Part shown: positions 28,999 through 37,757 of the stretch, piece after piece | Position numbering within the stretch: position 1 is the stretch's first letter | How the letters are laid out: every line of letters begins with the position of its first letter | Notes under the pieces: generated by a model | The model's input: the letters and a program-made list of their open reading frames with translations, nothing else | Told to the model about the DNA's origin: nothing | The model's database searches: none | Source of the DNA: Candidatus Fermentibacterota bacterium | GTDB taxonomy: Bacteria; JAFGKV01 | Reading direction: 5' to 3' | Length of the DNA stretch: 64,000 nt | Assembly: GCA_016928395.1 (NCBI GenBank) | Contig: JAFGKV010000036.1 | Location: 1 to 64,000, forward strand | Position numbers and translations under genes: made by a program

Positions 28999-30407
28999 CC
29001 AAGGCCCTCCACAAGCAACGCTAGAAGCTCGGCAGCACGGTTGTCCTTGTTGACCTGGTGGAGCGGAAACTCCAAAAACGCCAGGCGGTTCGAGCTGTGC
29101 CACACGCCCAGCACCGGCCGGCCGGTCCAGAACGTCGAACCCTCAGGGAGCCGGTAGAGCACCCGCGCGCTGGGCAGTGGTTCCAGGCCCCACACGAAAA
29201 ACAGGGCGCCGGTGGAACTCTGAATCTCCAACGGAGGCAATGGCGGAAGCTGTGGCAGCCCTAAGGAATCAGCCGGCGTCGCTTCCAGTGGCGTGCCGTT
29301 GAGGATGATGGAAATCACTTGGCACACACTGTCCACCCCGGCGAAGCCCAGAGGATCGCCCTGATTGGAGAAAGTCTCTGGCAGCGTCACGCTCATGATC
29401 ACCGTGCCCCCACTCTGCACATAGTCGGCCACCGAAACCTGAGCCTCCTCCAGATGCCAGCCTGAATCCCCGTACCAAATCACCATGTCGAACAGGTCGA
29501 GTGTCGCCGTCAAGGTAACCGTGGAGAAGGGGAAGAGGTCGGCCCTGCGGTCTCCGTTGTGGTCGGAACGGATGTCCCACGCGCTGTAGGGGCCGTACTC
29601 GACCAGTACCTCGTGGTAGAACGAGGGCGCGGCATCCGAGGTGGCATAGTCATCCACCAAGAGAATACCGCCCACCGGTTCACGCACATGCCACACGTCC
29701 GAGTCATCGGATGGCATCCTGGCCAGGGGCGACACGGCCCCGGCCACGTCGCGTGCCAGGAGGTAGAATACGTGATCGCCGGCCGTGAGGCCGCTGTCGG
29801 CGGTAACGGTCAGGCTGGTCGTCGTGGGAGGAAGAGGCCGCCACTGGGTCAGCGGCTGAGTTGAGTCGTCCAGGGTCCAGAAGAACGATTCGATGGTGTC
29901 GTCACCATCATAGTCGGTGCCGTTCCAGAAGAAGGAAGCTACGGTAAAGGTTGTCTCCGGAACATCGGATCCGACGACAAACTCCACCACCGGTGGGGTA
30001 TTGTGGACCGGGAAATGCTGGAAGGCCGGAGTCGGATCCACGTCGCCGGCATCGTCGACTGCGCTGATCCTGAATGTGTAGATCGTGTCGGTGCCCGAAA
30101 TGGCCAAGGCAAACACGCTGTCGTACCGGGTCGTGAACTGCCACGCGGAGGGATCGGGGTCGTCGTCTTCCCAGGAGAAGATGAAGCCCTCTACCGACCC
30201 GTCGGGATCATCTCCCCACCAAAAGAGGTGCTGCTGGCTTACGGTGGAAGCCAGCGCCGTATCGGGGGCCGAGGTATCAGGGTAGAGAGAGAGAAACGTT
30301 TCGGGAGGCCGGTTGGCCAGAAGGGTTCCGCCTCGCTCTGCCTCGCATCCTGCCAGAAGGGCCAGGCCCGCGGCCACTGTCGCGAGCCCGGCCACGCGCC
30401 TCGTCAT
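28995..30407 (-). CDS. Surface lipoprotein with two FN3/Ig-like repeats and a C-terminal alpha/beta domain
   Basis: Lipobox LAGC; repeated W-x-G-x-D-x-D-G modules (NRPPET...WWGDDPDG; NTPPVV...WNGTDYDG); TGATG overlap with the upstream gene. Confidence 0.7.
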   Translation of the reverse strand: MTRRVAGLATVAAGLALLAGCEAERGGTLLANRPPETFLSLYPDTSAPDTALASTVSQQHLFWWGDDPDGSVEGFIFSWEDDDPDPSAWQFTTRYDSVFALAISGTDTIYTFRISAVDDAGDVDPTPAFQHFPVHNTPPVVEFVVGSDVPETTFTVASFFWNGTDYDGDDTIESFFWTLDDSTQPLTQWRPLPPTTTSLTVTADSGLTAGDHVFYLLARDVAGAVSPLARMPSDDSDVWHVREPVGGILLVDDYATSDAAPSFYHEVLVEYGPYSAWDIRSDHNGDRRADLFPFSTVTLTATLDLFDMVIWYGDSGWHLEEAQVSVADYVQSGGTVIMSVTLPETFSNQGDPLGFAGVDSVCQVISIILNGTPLEATPADSLGLPQLPPLPPLEIQSSTGALFFVWGLEPLPSARVLYRLPEGSTFWTGRPVLGVWHSSNRLAFLEFPLHQVNKDNRAAELLALLVEGLG

Positions 30408-32443
30408 CAATGCAGCACCACCACCCGTTCGCTGCGCTCCTGGTCGTCGGCCTGGAGCCGGAGCAGATAGGTGCCCGCGGAAACCCGCCTGCCTTCGCCG
30501 TCGTGCCCGTTCCACACCATGCGGTGGGTCCCCGCAGCCTGGGCGCCCACATCGAATCGATGCACCTGGCGGCCGGCCAGGTCGAACAGGCCCAGCGTCA
30601 CATCGGCGGCGGCAGGCAGCGCATAGGTCAGAGTAAATGACGATCCGCCGGGGTTCGGGAAGGGAGACAGGAGCCGCACCAGGTCGGCTTTGGCCGGGTG
30701 GACAGGCGTGCCCACGCCCAGTTCCACATCCCACGGTCCGCGGGGCGCCAGCTTGTAGTTGTAGAAGGCGTAGTATTGGAACCCCTGCAGGAAGTTGAAC
30801 TTCATGCCTTCGGTGTACAGCGTATCGAGCTGGGCATCGAAGGAAAGGGCCAAGTCATCAACCCGATACTCGCCGCTCCCGTCATCCACGGCGAATTCAC
30901 CATAGTTGCCCGGTGCATCGGGGAACGCATTCGTGACCGTGGCGTTCTCGACCCTGACCAGCATGCTCTCCCAGGATTCGGCGGTGAGCCCGGCCGCGGT
31001 GTTCAAGGCGCCGGTGGTAAGCACTACGGGATCGTAGACCGGATTACCGGTCGATAGGATGCGCACGTCAACGGCTGGATTCTGGGGCGTAATGCGCGTC
31101 ACATAGTACCACTCGTCAATGACACCCGTGACCTCGACCAAATCCCCGGGGTTGGGGACCGTGTAGCTGTCCCAGACCACGATGCCATTCCAGGGATCGG
31201 TGCCCGAACTCTGGATGAAGTAGTATGAGCCGGCAAAGGGCAGCGTGTCGTTCATCACCGTCCCAGTGACGGTGACGGTGTAGCCCACATAGGGCGACTC
31301 GCTGTTGTAGACACCATTGCCGTACGGCGTCCACTGGGTGTGGTAGATGCCGAAGCCCTCATCCAGCACATGGTAGAGATAGAGATAGGCGCTGGAATCA
31401 GGCCAGTTCACGGTATTGCCGGAATTGTCGGTGGCCTGGATGAGGAACTCCACCACGGAATTGTGCGTCTGCGGTGGAATGATGCCTGCATAGGTGCTGT
31501 CGTCGGCGCCGGAGTACACCATGGGCGTGCTCTGGAAAGGGCTGCCGTCGACACGATAGAGCAAGCTGGCCGTCTCTACGGTTCCGTCGATGTCGTAAAT
31601 GAGCGCCGACACATTGACGGAAGTTGAGCTTCCCGGAACCGCCACATCGCGGACCACGTCGCCTATGACCGGCGCCAGGGCATGCACACTCAGATCATCA
31701 GGCGCCCGTGGCGAGACGCTGTAGCTGCCGGTGCCGTTGGCCATATCCTTGACGAATCCCACGACGTCAAGCCGGGAGCCATTGGGAGGCCAGGAGTACT
31801 GCCCACTGGTGAGCAGCGCATACATGGGATTCCACCAGGTATCGAGGGTCACCTGGAATCCGGTCTCGTCCTGGACCAAAGCCCGGTAGCCGCCCAGGTT
31901 GTTGTTGATCATGGTGGCGTTCTCGATCTTGACCAGAGACGCTTCCCATGGCTCCCCGAGGACCCGGGTCGAAAAGTCTTCACACGTCAGCACCGTGGGT
32001 TCGGGAACGGGCTCGACCCCGAGGACCGTAATCGGGACCAGAGGATTCAGCATGAGGTTGACCTGGGTCCTCGATTCGCCGCTCGTGGGATACTCGCTTA
32101 CTATCCCGGAATAGCGAACGAGAAATCCCGGCTGCACAGCCGTGATATTCGTCGCTCCCATGCCGGCCGAAGTCGTATCGTCTTGCACGATCTGCACGGT
32201 GCTCCACGGCCCACCCGTGGTATCGGCGATGAGCACCGACCAACGTGCCCCTATGTAGATGGACCGGGCATCGGTCTGGGCAACACCGACAACCTGTACC
32301 GTATCGCCCAACATGGGGCTGTCGTCATCAGTCGCCGGATCGGGACAGATCTGAATGTCCTGCACGGTGACCTCGGGCCACTGGGCCTGCAATGGCACGG
32401 CCAGAGCCAGGGCAAGAAGTGCGGTCAGAAGAAAGCGTGTCAT
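30407..32443 (-). CDS. Secreted protein with duplicated OB-fold modules (extracellular-nuclease accessory type), Ig domain and FlgD/T9SS-like CTD
   Basis: Signal peptide; internal duplication SPMLGDTVQVVGV...EPWEASLVKIENAT vs SPYVGYTVTVTGTV...ESWESMLVRVENAT; CTD PFPNP...FDLAGRQV...WNGHD..G..VSAGTY; AGGAGG RBS. Confidence 0.7.
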   Translation of the reverse strand: MTRFLLTALLALALAVPLQAQWPEVTVQDIQICPDPATDDDSPMLGDTVQVVGVAQTDARSIYIGARWSVLIADTTGGPWSTVQIVQDDTTSAGMGATNITAVQPGFLVRYSGIVSEYPTSGESRTQVNLMLNPLVPITVLGVEPVPEPTVLTCEDFSTRVLGEPWEASLVKIENATMINNNLGGYRALVQDETGFQVTLDTWWNPMYALLTSGQYSWPPNGSRLDVVGFVKDMANGTGSYSVSPRAPDDLSVHALAPVIGDVVRDVAVPGSSTSVNVSALIYDIDGTVETASLLYRVDGSPFQSTPMVYSGADDSTYAGIIPPQTHNSVVEFLIQATDNSGNTVNWPDSSAYLYLYHVLDEGFGIYHTQWTPYGNGVYNSESPYVGYTVTVTGTVMNDTLPFAGSYYFIQSSGTDPWNGIVVWDSYTVPNPGDLVEVTGVIDEWYYVTRITPQNPAVDVRILSTGNPVYDPVVLTTGALNTAAGLTAESWESMLVRVENATVTNAFPDAPGNYGEFAVDDGSGEYRVDDLALSFDAQLDTLYTEGMKFNFLQGFQYYAFYNYKLAPRGPWDVELGVGTPVHPAKADLVRLLSPFPNPGGSSFTLTYALPAAADVTLGLFDLAGRQVHRFDVGAQAAGTHRMVWNGHDGEGRRVSAGTYLLRLQADDQERSERVVVLH

Positions 32444-32497
32444 TGGATCCTCCTTTGGCGAGGCCGAAACCGGCCACGCCCGTGTACGTACCCGTGT

Positions 32498-34561
32498 CTA
32501 CTTGATGATTAGGAACCTGCCTCGCTGCACATCGCCGCTGGCTCGATCCTCAACGGTGAAGAGGTAGAGGCCCGTGGCGACGGCTTGATCACTGCTGGAT
32601 ATGAGATCCCACCCATGCTCCCCCCCAGAGAACACGGCGTCGGGCTTAGAGAACTGCTCAAACCACCGGATACCCACACCCGAGTACCCCGCGGCATCGT
32701 GTTCGAAACTGTCCACCAGATCCCCGGCCACGGTGTAGATTTTCACTCTGCACCGTGCCGGCAGGTTACGGAAGTAGACCTTGCGCTCCCGTTCGAGCCT
32801 GCCGTCCCACAGGGCTCGCACGACATACGGATTGGGATACACCGACACCGCGGCCGCATCGGGCGATGCGGGTTGAGTTCCCGGAAACACCCGAATCAGA
32901 TTGCTCAGCCGGCTGGATTCCAGGCTCTCCAGACCATAGGTGGGATCACCCGTATCGTAGGCCGTGACCGAGTAGGCGTATTGCCACCCGCTGTGCACCT
33001 GCGAATTGATGAACCGGTAGGTGCAGACCAAGGTATCGGGCTCTCCCGTCCGCTCGTCGGTGCCGATGAACACGACGGGTTCGTCTAGCCGGGCCAGTTC
33101 GAATCCGGTATCGTAGCCGAGGCCATTCACCGAGTCATACTCGGCGACCCGCACCATGGAGCTCAAGAGATCACGACCGGGCAGGTCTTCAAAGAGCCTG
33201 CTACGATAAATGCGATACCCTTCGAAATCCTTCTTCCCGCTGATGAAATCGATAGACTCCTCCGCGCGAGAGTCCCAGTAAAGGGTCACCTCCGCGTCGC
33301 CGGGAACAGCCCTTACCCGGGGTGTTGTCGGCGGCGTCGGCAAGATGTAGCGATCCAGCATACCGTCGCCGTTGAGGTCTTCACCGGGGTCGAGGATACC
33401 ATTGCCGTTGCGATCTTCGCCGTCATAGGCGGTCTGGGCCCAGAATGCATTGTTGTAGAGGTTTCTCTTGGCCAGCTCAGTGTCTTCGGTGTTGGGATCA
33501 TTGCCGAACTTCTTCGCGCAGACCACCGCGAAGACGATATTCATGGTGCTGTCGGGATCCAGGCGCTGGAACGGCCCCGTAGTAATCAGGGTCATCCGGT
33601 TGGACGGACTCCGGTAGATCGCTTCCAACTGGGGAGGCGTGAGTGGAACCGACATCTTCTCATACCGTTCGCGGTCGTTCTGGGGCGAGAAGTACACCGG
33701 GTCGCTGGTATTGCGGAACGCCCACACATGCATGTGCGTGAAACCCTGGTAAAGGCTGTCGCTGCTCTGGGGAGTGACGCCAAGGAGCTTGAGGCCGATG
33801 TAGCTCTCAGTGAACCCCGGATCGCCATCGTAGTCATAGGCGTAGGCGATCCGCAACGAATCGACCCACCCGTTGCCGACATGCTGGTAGAAGGGCGAGC
33901 CGACCCGGGGCGGCGTGATGCTGACATTGCGGACAACCAAATCGGCCCAGAGGCCGAGCCACAGGTCATGGAGAGGCTGGCGCCCGGTGTTCTTGATGGT
34001 GTAGTTGAAGATCACGAACGCATCGGCGAAAGAGTAGTTCCAGGCATAGGTCTCCATGTTGACAGAGACATTCATGGGCGTATGCTGCGGAATGGTGATG
34101 CTCGTGCCCGGCACCACGGTATTCGAGTCGGTGAAGCTGGCAACGAAATCCTGATGGCTGATGGCTTCCGGATGGTAGAAGCGACTATCCAAGAGGCTGG
34201 AGCGCTCGATCACGACGTCGGTGGGATCGGCGGAGTTGGTGAATTCAAAACCGGCCGCCACATCCTGGAGGTAGGCGACGTCCAAAGCGCCGGTGGTGAC
34301 CCTGATCTGTCCATCGGGCAGTTTGGCGCCGATCCAGAGTCCCCCGTCGAACATATGTTCGACATGCGACCCCGTCGGATACTCGCACGATGGCTGATCA
34401 TTGGGGAACTGAATCAGGAACCCGTCGCCGAACGTGCCATAGTTGGAGATGGTAAGGTTGACATTGCCGACGGTGGTGTACTTGCTGGCGTCGTCGATAG
34501 CGCCTGACGGCGTAGGCACCGTGAGCAGGAGTGCCGCCAGAGCGGCGAGTCTCGTTCGCAC
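32498..34561 (-). CDS. Secreted hypothetical protein with Ca-binding DxNGNG repeats, FN3-like domain and VYPNPY-type CTD
   Basis: Signal peptide; GEDRNGNGILDPGEDLNGDG; VTLYWD..DFEGYRIYRS; VYPNPY...IYTVAGDLV...WDL...VATGLY...GRFLIIK; GTG start. Confidence 0.75.
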   Translation of the reverse strand: MRTRLAALAALLLTVPTPSGAIDDASKYTTVGNVNLTISNYGTFGDGFLIQFPNDQPSCEYPTGSHVEHMFDGGLWIGAKLPDGQIRVTTGALDVAYLQDVAAGFEFTNSADPTDVVIERSSLLDSRFYHPEAISHQDFVASFTDSNTVVPGTSITIPQHTPMNVSVNMETYAWNYSFADAFVIFNYTIKNTGRQPLHDLWLGLWADLVVRNVSITPPRVGSPFYQHVGNGWVDSLRIAYAYDYDGDPGFTESYIGLKLLGVTPQSSDSLYQGFTHMHVWAFRNTSDPVYFSPQNDRERYEKMSVPLTPPQLEAIYRSPSNRMTLITTGPFQRLDPDSTMNIVFAVVCAKKFGNDPNTEDTELAKRNLYNNAFWAQTAYDGEDRNGNGILDPGEDLNGDGMLDRYILPTPPTTPRVRAVPGDAEVTLYWDSRAEESIDFISGKKDFEGYRIYRSRLFEDLPGRDLLSSMVRVAEYDSVNGLGYDTGFELARLDEPVVFIGTDERTGEPDTLVCTYRFINSQVHSGWQYAYSVTAYDTGDPTYGLESLESSRLSNLIRVFPGTQPASPDAAAVSVYPNPYVVRALWDGRLERERKVYFRNLPARCRVKIYTVAGDLVDSFEHDAAGYSGVGIRWFEQFSKPDAVFSGGEHGWDLISSSDQAVATGLYLFTVEDRASGDVQRGRFLIIK

Positions 34562-34618
34562 GGAGCTCTCCTCGGTTCCCTGTGTGAGTGATTGGGTGAG
34601 ACCTCACAGGAGGTATGC

Positions 34619-35155
34619 ATGAATGACGCAGGATTAGCGGATGCATCGCCGCTTGTCAAGGCGTTCGCGACATCCCCCCGTTTCGCGGCTGATATGATGC
34701 TGGGCAGCCTTGCCAGATGGCTGAGAATCCTGGGATTCGACACGGTATTCGGGCCCGACTTTGATGACGATGCCCTCATACGCCAGTCCAATGCCTCGGG
34801 GCGGATCCTTCTCACGGCTGACCGCGCCCTGGCCTCCCGGCCCATCGCACGACGCGCCGTTCTGCTTCCGCCATCGCGCCTCCCGGAGCAATGGCAGGCA
34901 CTGGTACGGGCCATGCCCCTTCTCCCGTGGGTTCGGCCCTTCACCCGTTGCGGCACCTGCAATGACCCGCTGCGATCTCTTCCCCGGGACCGGGCCCGTG
35001 ATCGAGTACCGCCGCACATTTTCGACGTGCATGGTTCCTTTCTGGCCTGCCCGTCCTGTCGCCGCGTGTACTGGCCGGGAACCCATCGCGATCACATCCT
35101 GGGACGGGTGCAGCGGCTTGGGGCTGCCATCGGGCAGTGCCCGGAGCCAAGATGA
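34619..35155 (+). CDS. Mut7-C RNase domain protein (PIN-like + Zn ribbon)
   Basis: FAADMMLGSLARWLRILGFD, RILLTAD, TRCGTCN, CPSCRRVYWPGTH; AGGAGG RBS. Confidence 0.88.
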   Translation: MNDAGLADASPLVKAFATSPRFAADMMLGSLARWLRILGFDTVFGPDFDDDALIRQSNASGRILLTADRALASRPIARRAVLLPPSRLPEQWQALVRAMPLLPWVRPFTRCGTCNDPLRSLPRDRARDRVPPHIFDVHGSFLACPSCRRVYWPGTHRDHILGRVQRLGAAIGQCPEPR

Positions 35156-35337
35156 GGGGCACGCTGCCGCCGGACGAAACTCCCACGTGACACGAACGAA
35201 TCCCGCCTAATCGCCACCGTGGCTCCAGCCCGGAACACATCACTCCTGTCTCCCAAAGCCCACGGGGGCTTCACTCTGCTTGACAGACCGGGAACATCGT
35301 GCACACCCTATGGACTCATGCCAGAAGGGTGGTTGTG

Positions 35338-37380
35338 ATGACTCGGGCCCCCATGACACGCGCGCCACGCACACGTAGCGACTATGGTCGTGGGCTGCTG
35401 GTTGTGCTCGGGCTCGCACTGGGGATACGGCTCATCTACATCCATCAACTCTCCGCCAATCCGTTCTTTGAGTATCCCATTGTCGACTCAGCCACCTACG
35501 ACGGCATGGCGCAGCGGATCGCCCGCGGCGAAGCGCCCTGCGACGAACCGTTCTTCCAACCGCCACTCTACCCATACTTTCTGGGGCTTCTGTATTGGCT
35601 GCTGGGCAGAGACTTCTTCGCGGTTCGGTTCGCCCAGATGCTAATGGGCGTTGTCAACTGCGGGCTGACGTATACCCTTGCCCGGCGGGTGTTCGGGCGG
35701 CGAATCGCGATATGGTCGGGCATAGCCGCTGCCCTGTACGGCACCGGCCTATTCTTCGAAGGGGAGCTGTTGGCTCCGGTGCTCATCGTGTTCCTGAACC
35801 TGCTCCTGGCACAGGCCATACTCGGCGTGCTCGATCGGCCATCCCCCGTGCGGGCTGCCGTGTGCGGGCTTCTCCTGGGTCTGTCCGCCATCGCCATGAC
35901 GGTCATCCTCCCGTTCGCCCTGGTGATCGGCATCTACGGGTGGACCAGGCTGCGCACGGTCGTGCCTCGCAGGTCCCTGATGAGTCTCGGTGCCGCCTTC
36001 ATCCTGGGAATCGTGATGCCGATCATGCCTGTCACGGGCTACAACTTCGCCCATGGTGACCCTGTGCTGATCAGCACAAATGGGGGCGTCAACTTCTACA
36101 TAGGCACGGGCAAAGACTACGATGAGAAGGTGGCCATCCGCCCGGGATTTGCCTGGCAGGCCATGGGGCAGGAACCCATGAAGGCAGGCTACCGCACGCC
36201 GAGCCAGCAATCGGCATACTTCACGAAGAAGGCGCTGGGCATCATTGCCGATGATCCAACCGGCTACGCCGGCCTTCTGGTCAAGAAGCTGTACCTCTAT
36301 GCCCATGGGAATGAGGTGCTTCGGAACCAGGAGATCTACCCGTTCCGGCACTACTCATGGCTGCTTGCGCTTCTCCTTTGGAAGTCCGGCATCGCATTCC
36401 CCTATGGAACCGTGTTCCCACTGGCGATGGTGGGTATGGCCCTGGCGATCCGACAACGAGTCTCGTCAGCCATACCAATGGTGCTGTTCATGCTGAGCCA
36501 CATTGGCGCCCTGCTGCTCTTCTTCATTGCCGCCCGGTACCGCGGCAACATCCTCCCCTTCCTGCTGATTTTCGGCGCGCATGGCATCGCGACCCTCGCT
36601 GAGATGGTGAAGGTACGAAAGTGGCGCAGTCTCGCGGGCTACGGCCTGCTACTGGCGGCCATACTCGTGATCTCCAACTGGCGGGTGGGCCCCATGCCTT
36701 CCATGTTCAACGCCGATGCCTACTACAATCTCGGTGTCGCCTACATGAAGGAGGGTCGGCCTGAGGCCCGTGAGACCTACGAGAAGGCGCTCATACTCGA
36801 GCCCGACTATCCCGAGGCCAACAGCAACCTGGGCGCTATGTTGGATCAGGCAGGAGAGCACCAGCGGGCCATCGAGTGCTTCAACCGCGTGCTGATACGG
36901 TATCCCGATGACGTGGAAAGCAACCTCAATCTCGGCAACGCCCTTTTCAATCTCGGGGACATCGAGGGAGCCCGGGCGCAGTTCCTCAAGGTGCTGGCGC
37001 TACAGCCTCGGAACCAACTGGCGCTCAACAATCTTGCCGTGCTGGCCAGACGCCGGGAGCAGCCTCCGCCAGCTCTTCCTCCCCTCCCCTTCCCGGGCAT
37101 GCCAACCCCGATGGACGAGGCGGCCTCCCTCACGAATCGCGCCGCGGAACTGCTGAAACGGCAGCAGTACGCGGAAGCGGCAGAGCTGCTCCACGACGCA
37201 GTGCAACTTTGCCCCGACCTCCCCCAGGCCCACAACAACCTGGGCATCGCCCTGGCCGAGTTGGGCGATCTATCCGGGGCTCGCCGTGAGTTCGAAGCCG
37301 TGTTGCGGCTCGACCCGACAAACCGATCCGCGAGAGCGAACCTGACGCGAATGGACAAGAGGGAGGACGAAATGGAATGA
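35338..37380 (+). CDS. GT-C (PMT/ArnT-like) glycosyltransferase fused to C-terminal TPR repeats
   Basis: VDSATYD...PPLYPYFLG, many TM helices, ARYR, then TPRs (YYNLG, NSNLG, NLNLG, HNNLG). Start uncertain (35338 or 35353). Confidence 0.82.
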   Translation: MTRAPMTRAPRTRSDYGRGLLVVLGLALGIRLIYIHQLSANPFFEYPIVDSATYDGMAQRIARGEAPCDEPFFQPPLYPYFLGLLYWLLGRDFFAVRFAQMLMGVVNCGLTYTLARRVFGRRIAIWSGIAAALYGTGLFFEGELLAPVLIVFLNLLLAQAILGVLDRPSPVRAAVCGLLLGLSAIAMTVILPFALVIGIYGWTRLRTVVPRRSLMSLGAAFILGIVMPIMPVTGYNFAHGDPVLISTNGGVNFYIGTGKDYDEKVAIRPGFAWQAMGQEPMKAGYRTPSQQSAYFTKKALGIIADDPTGYAGLLVKKLYLYAHGNEVLRNQEIYPFRHYSWLLALLLWKSGIAFPYGTVFPLAMVGMALAIRQRVSSAIPMVLFMLSHIGALLLFFIAARYRGNILPFLLIFGAHGIATLAEMVKVRKWRSLAGYGLLLAAILVISNWRVGPMPSMFNADAYYNLGVAYMKEGRPEARETYEKALILEPDYPEANSNLGAMLDQAGEHQRAIECFNRVLIRYPDDVESNLNLGNALFNLGDIEGARAQFLKVLALQPRNQLALNNLAVLARRREQPPPALPPLPFPGMPTPMDEAASLTNRAAELLKRQQYAEAAELLHDAVQLCPDLPQAHNNLGIALAELGDLSGARREFEAVLRLDPTNRSARANLTRMDKREDEME

Positions 37381-37420
37381 TGGAACGGGGGAATGATGGA
37401 ATGGGGATGCACGGATGCAC
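37374..37420. repeat. Short direct repeats
   Basis: GGAATGATGGAA x2 (37374, 37390) and GGATGCAC x2 (37405, 37413). Confidence 0.55.
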
Positions 37421-37757
37421 GCCGCTGCGGTCCCGGCGGCACGGAAACCAGGGCGAAACCTCTCCCACAGCGACTATCCCCCTGCCCTGCTGCCGTGTAG
37501 CCGGCAGCCGATAGCCGACAACTCCCCCATGCGCTTTTCTCTCAAGGTTCTCGCGACTACGGTTGTGCCCTCGGGCCGCTCTTGGGAGAAGCCGGTCCCA
37601 CAGGTCGGCGGCGCGTCATATGCACGGGGCTTGCCGTCGATGCCCGGCCATGGCATGTTCGTATCCCTTCGTTTCACCACGATCGAAGGAGAGATGGCCA
37701 GGTCGAACACGATAGAACGGCACCTTTAGCGAACAGCACAACCGTAAGGGATACTAC

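Noticed and set aside
26749-29157. 802-aa plus-strand ORF, and similar long antisense ORFs (23935-25296, 19279-20265, 62230-63675)
   Set aside because: Shadows of well-supported minus-strand genes; expected in GC-rich DNA; no motifs.
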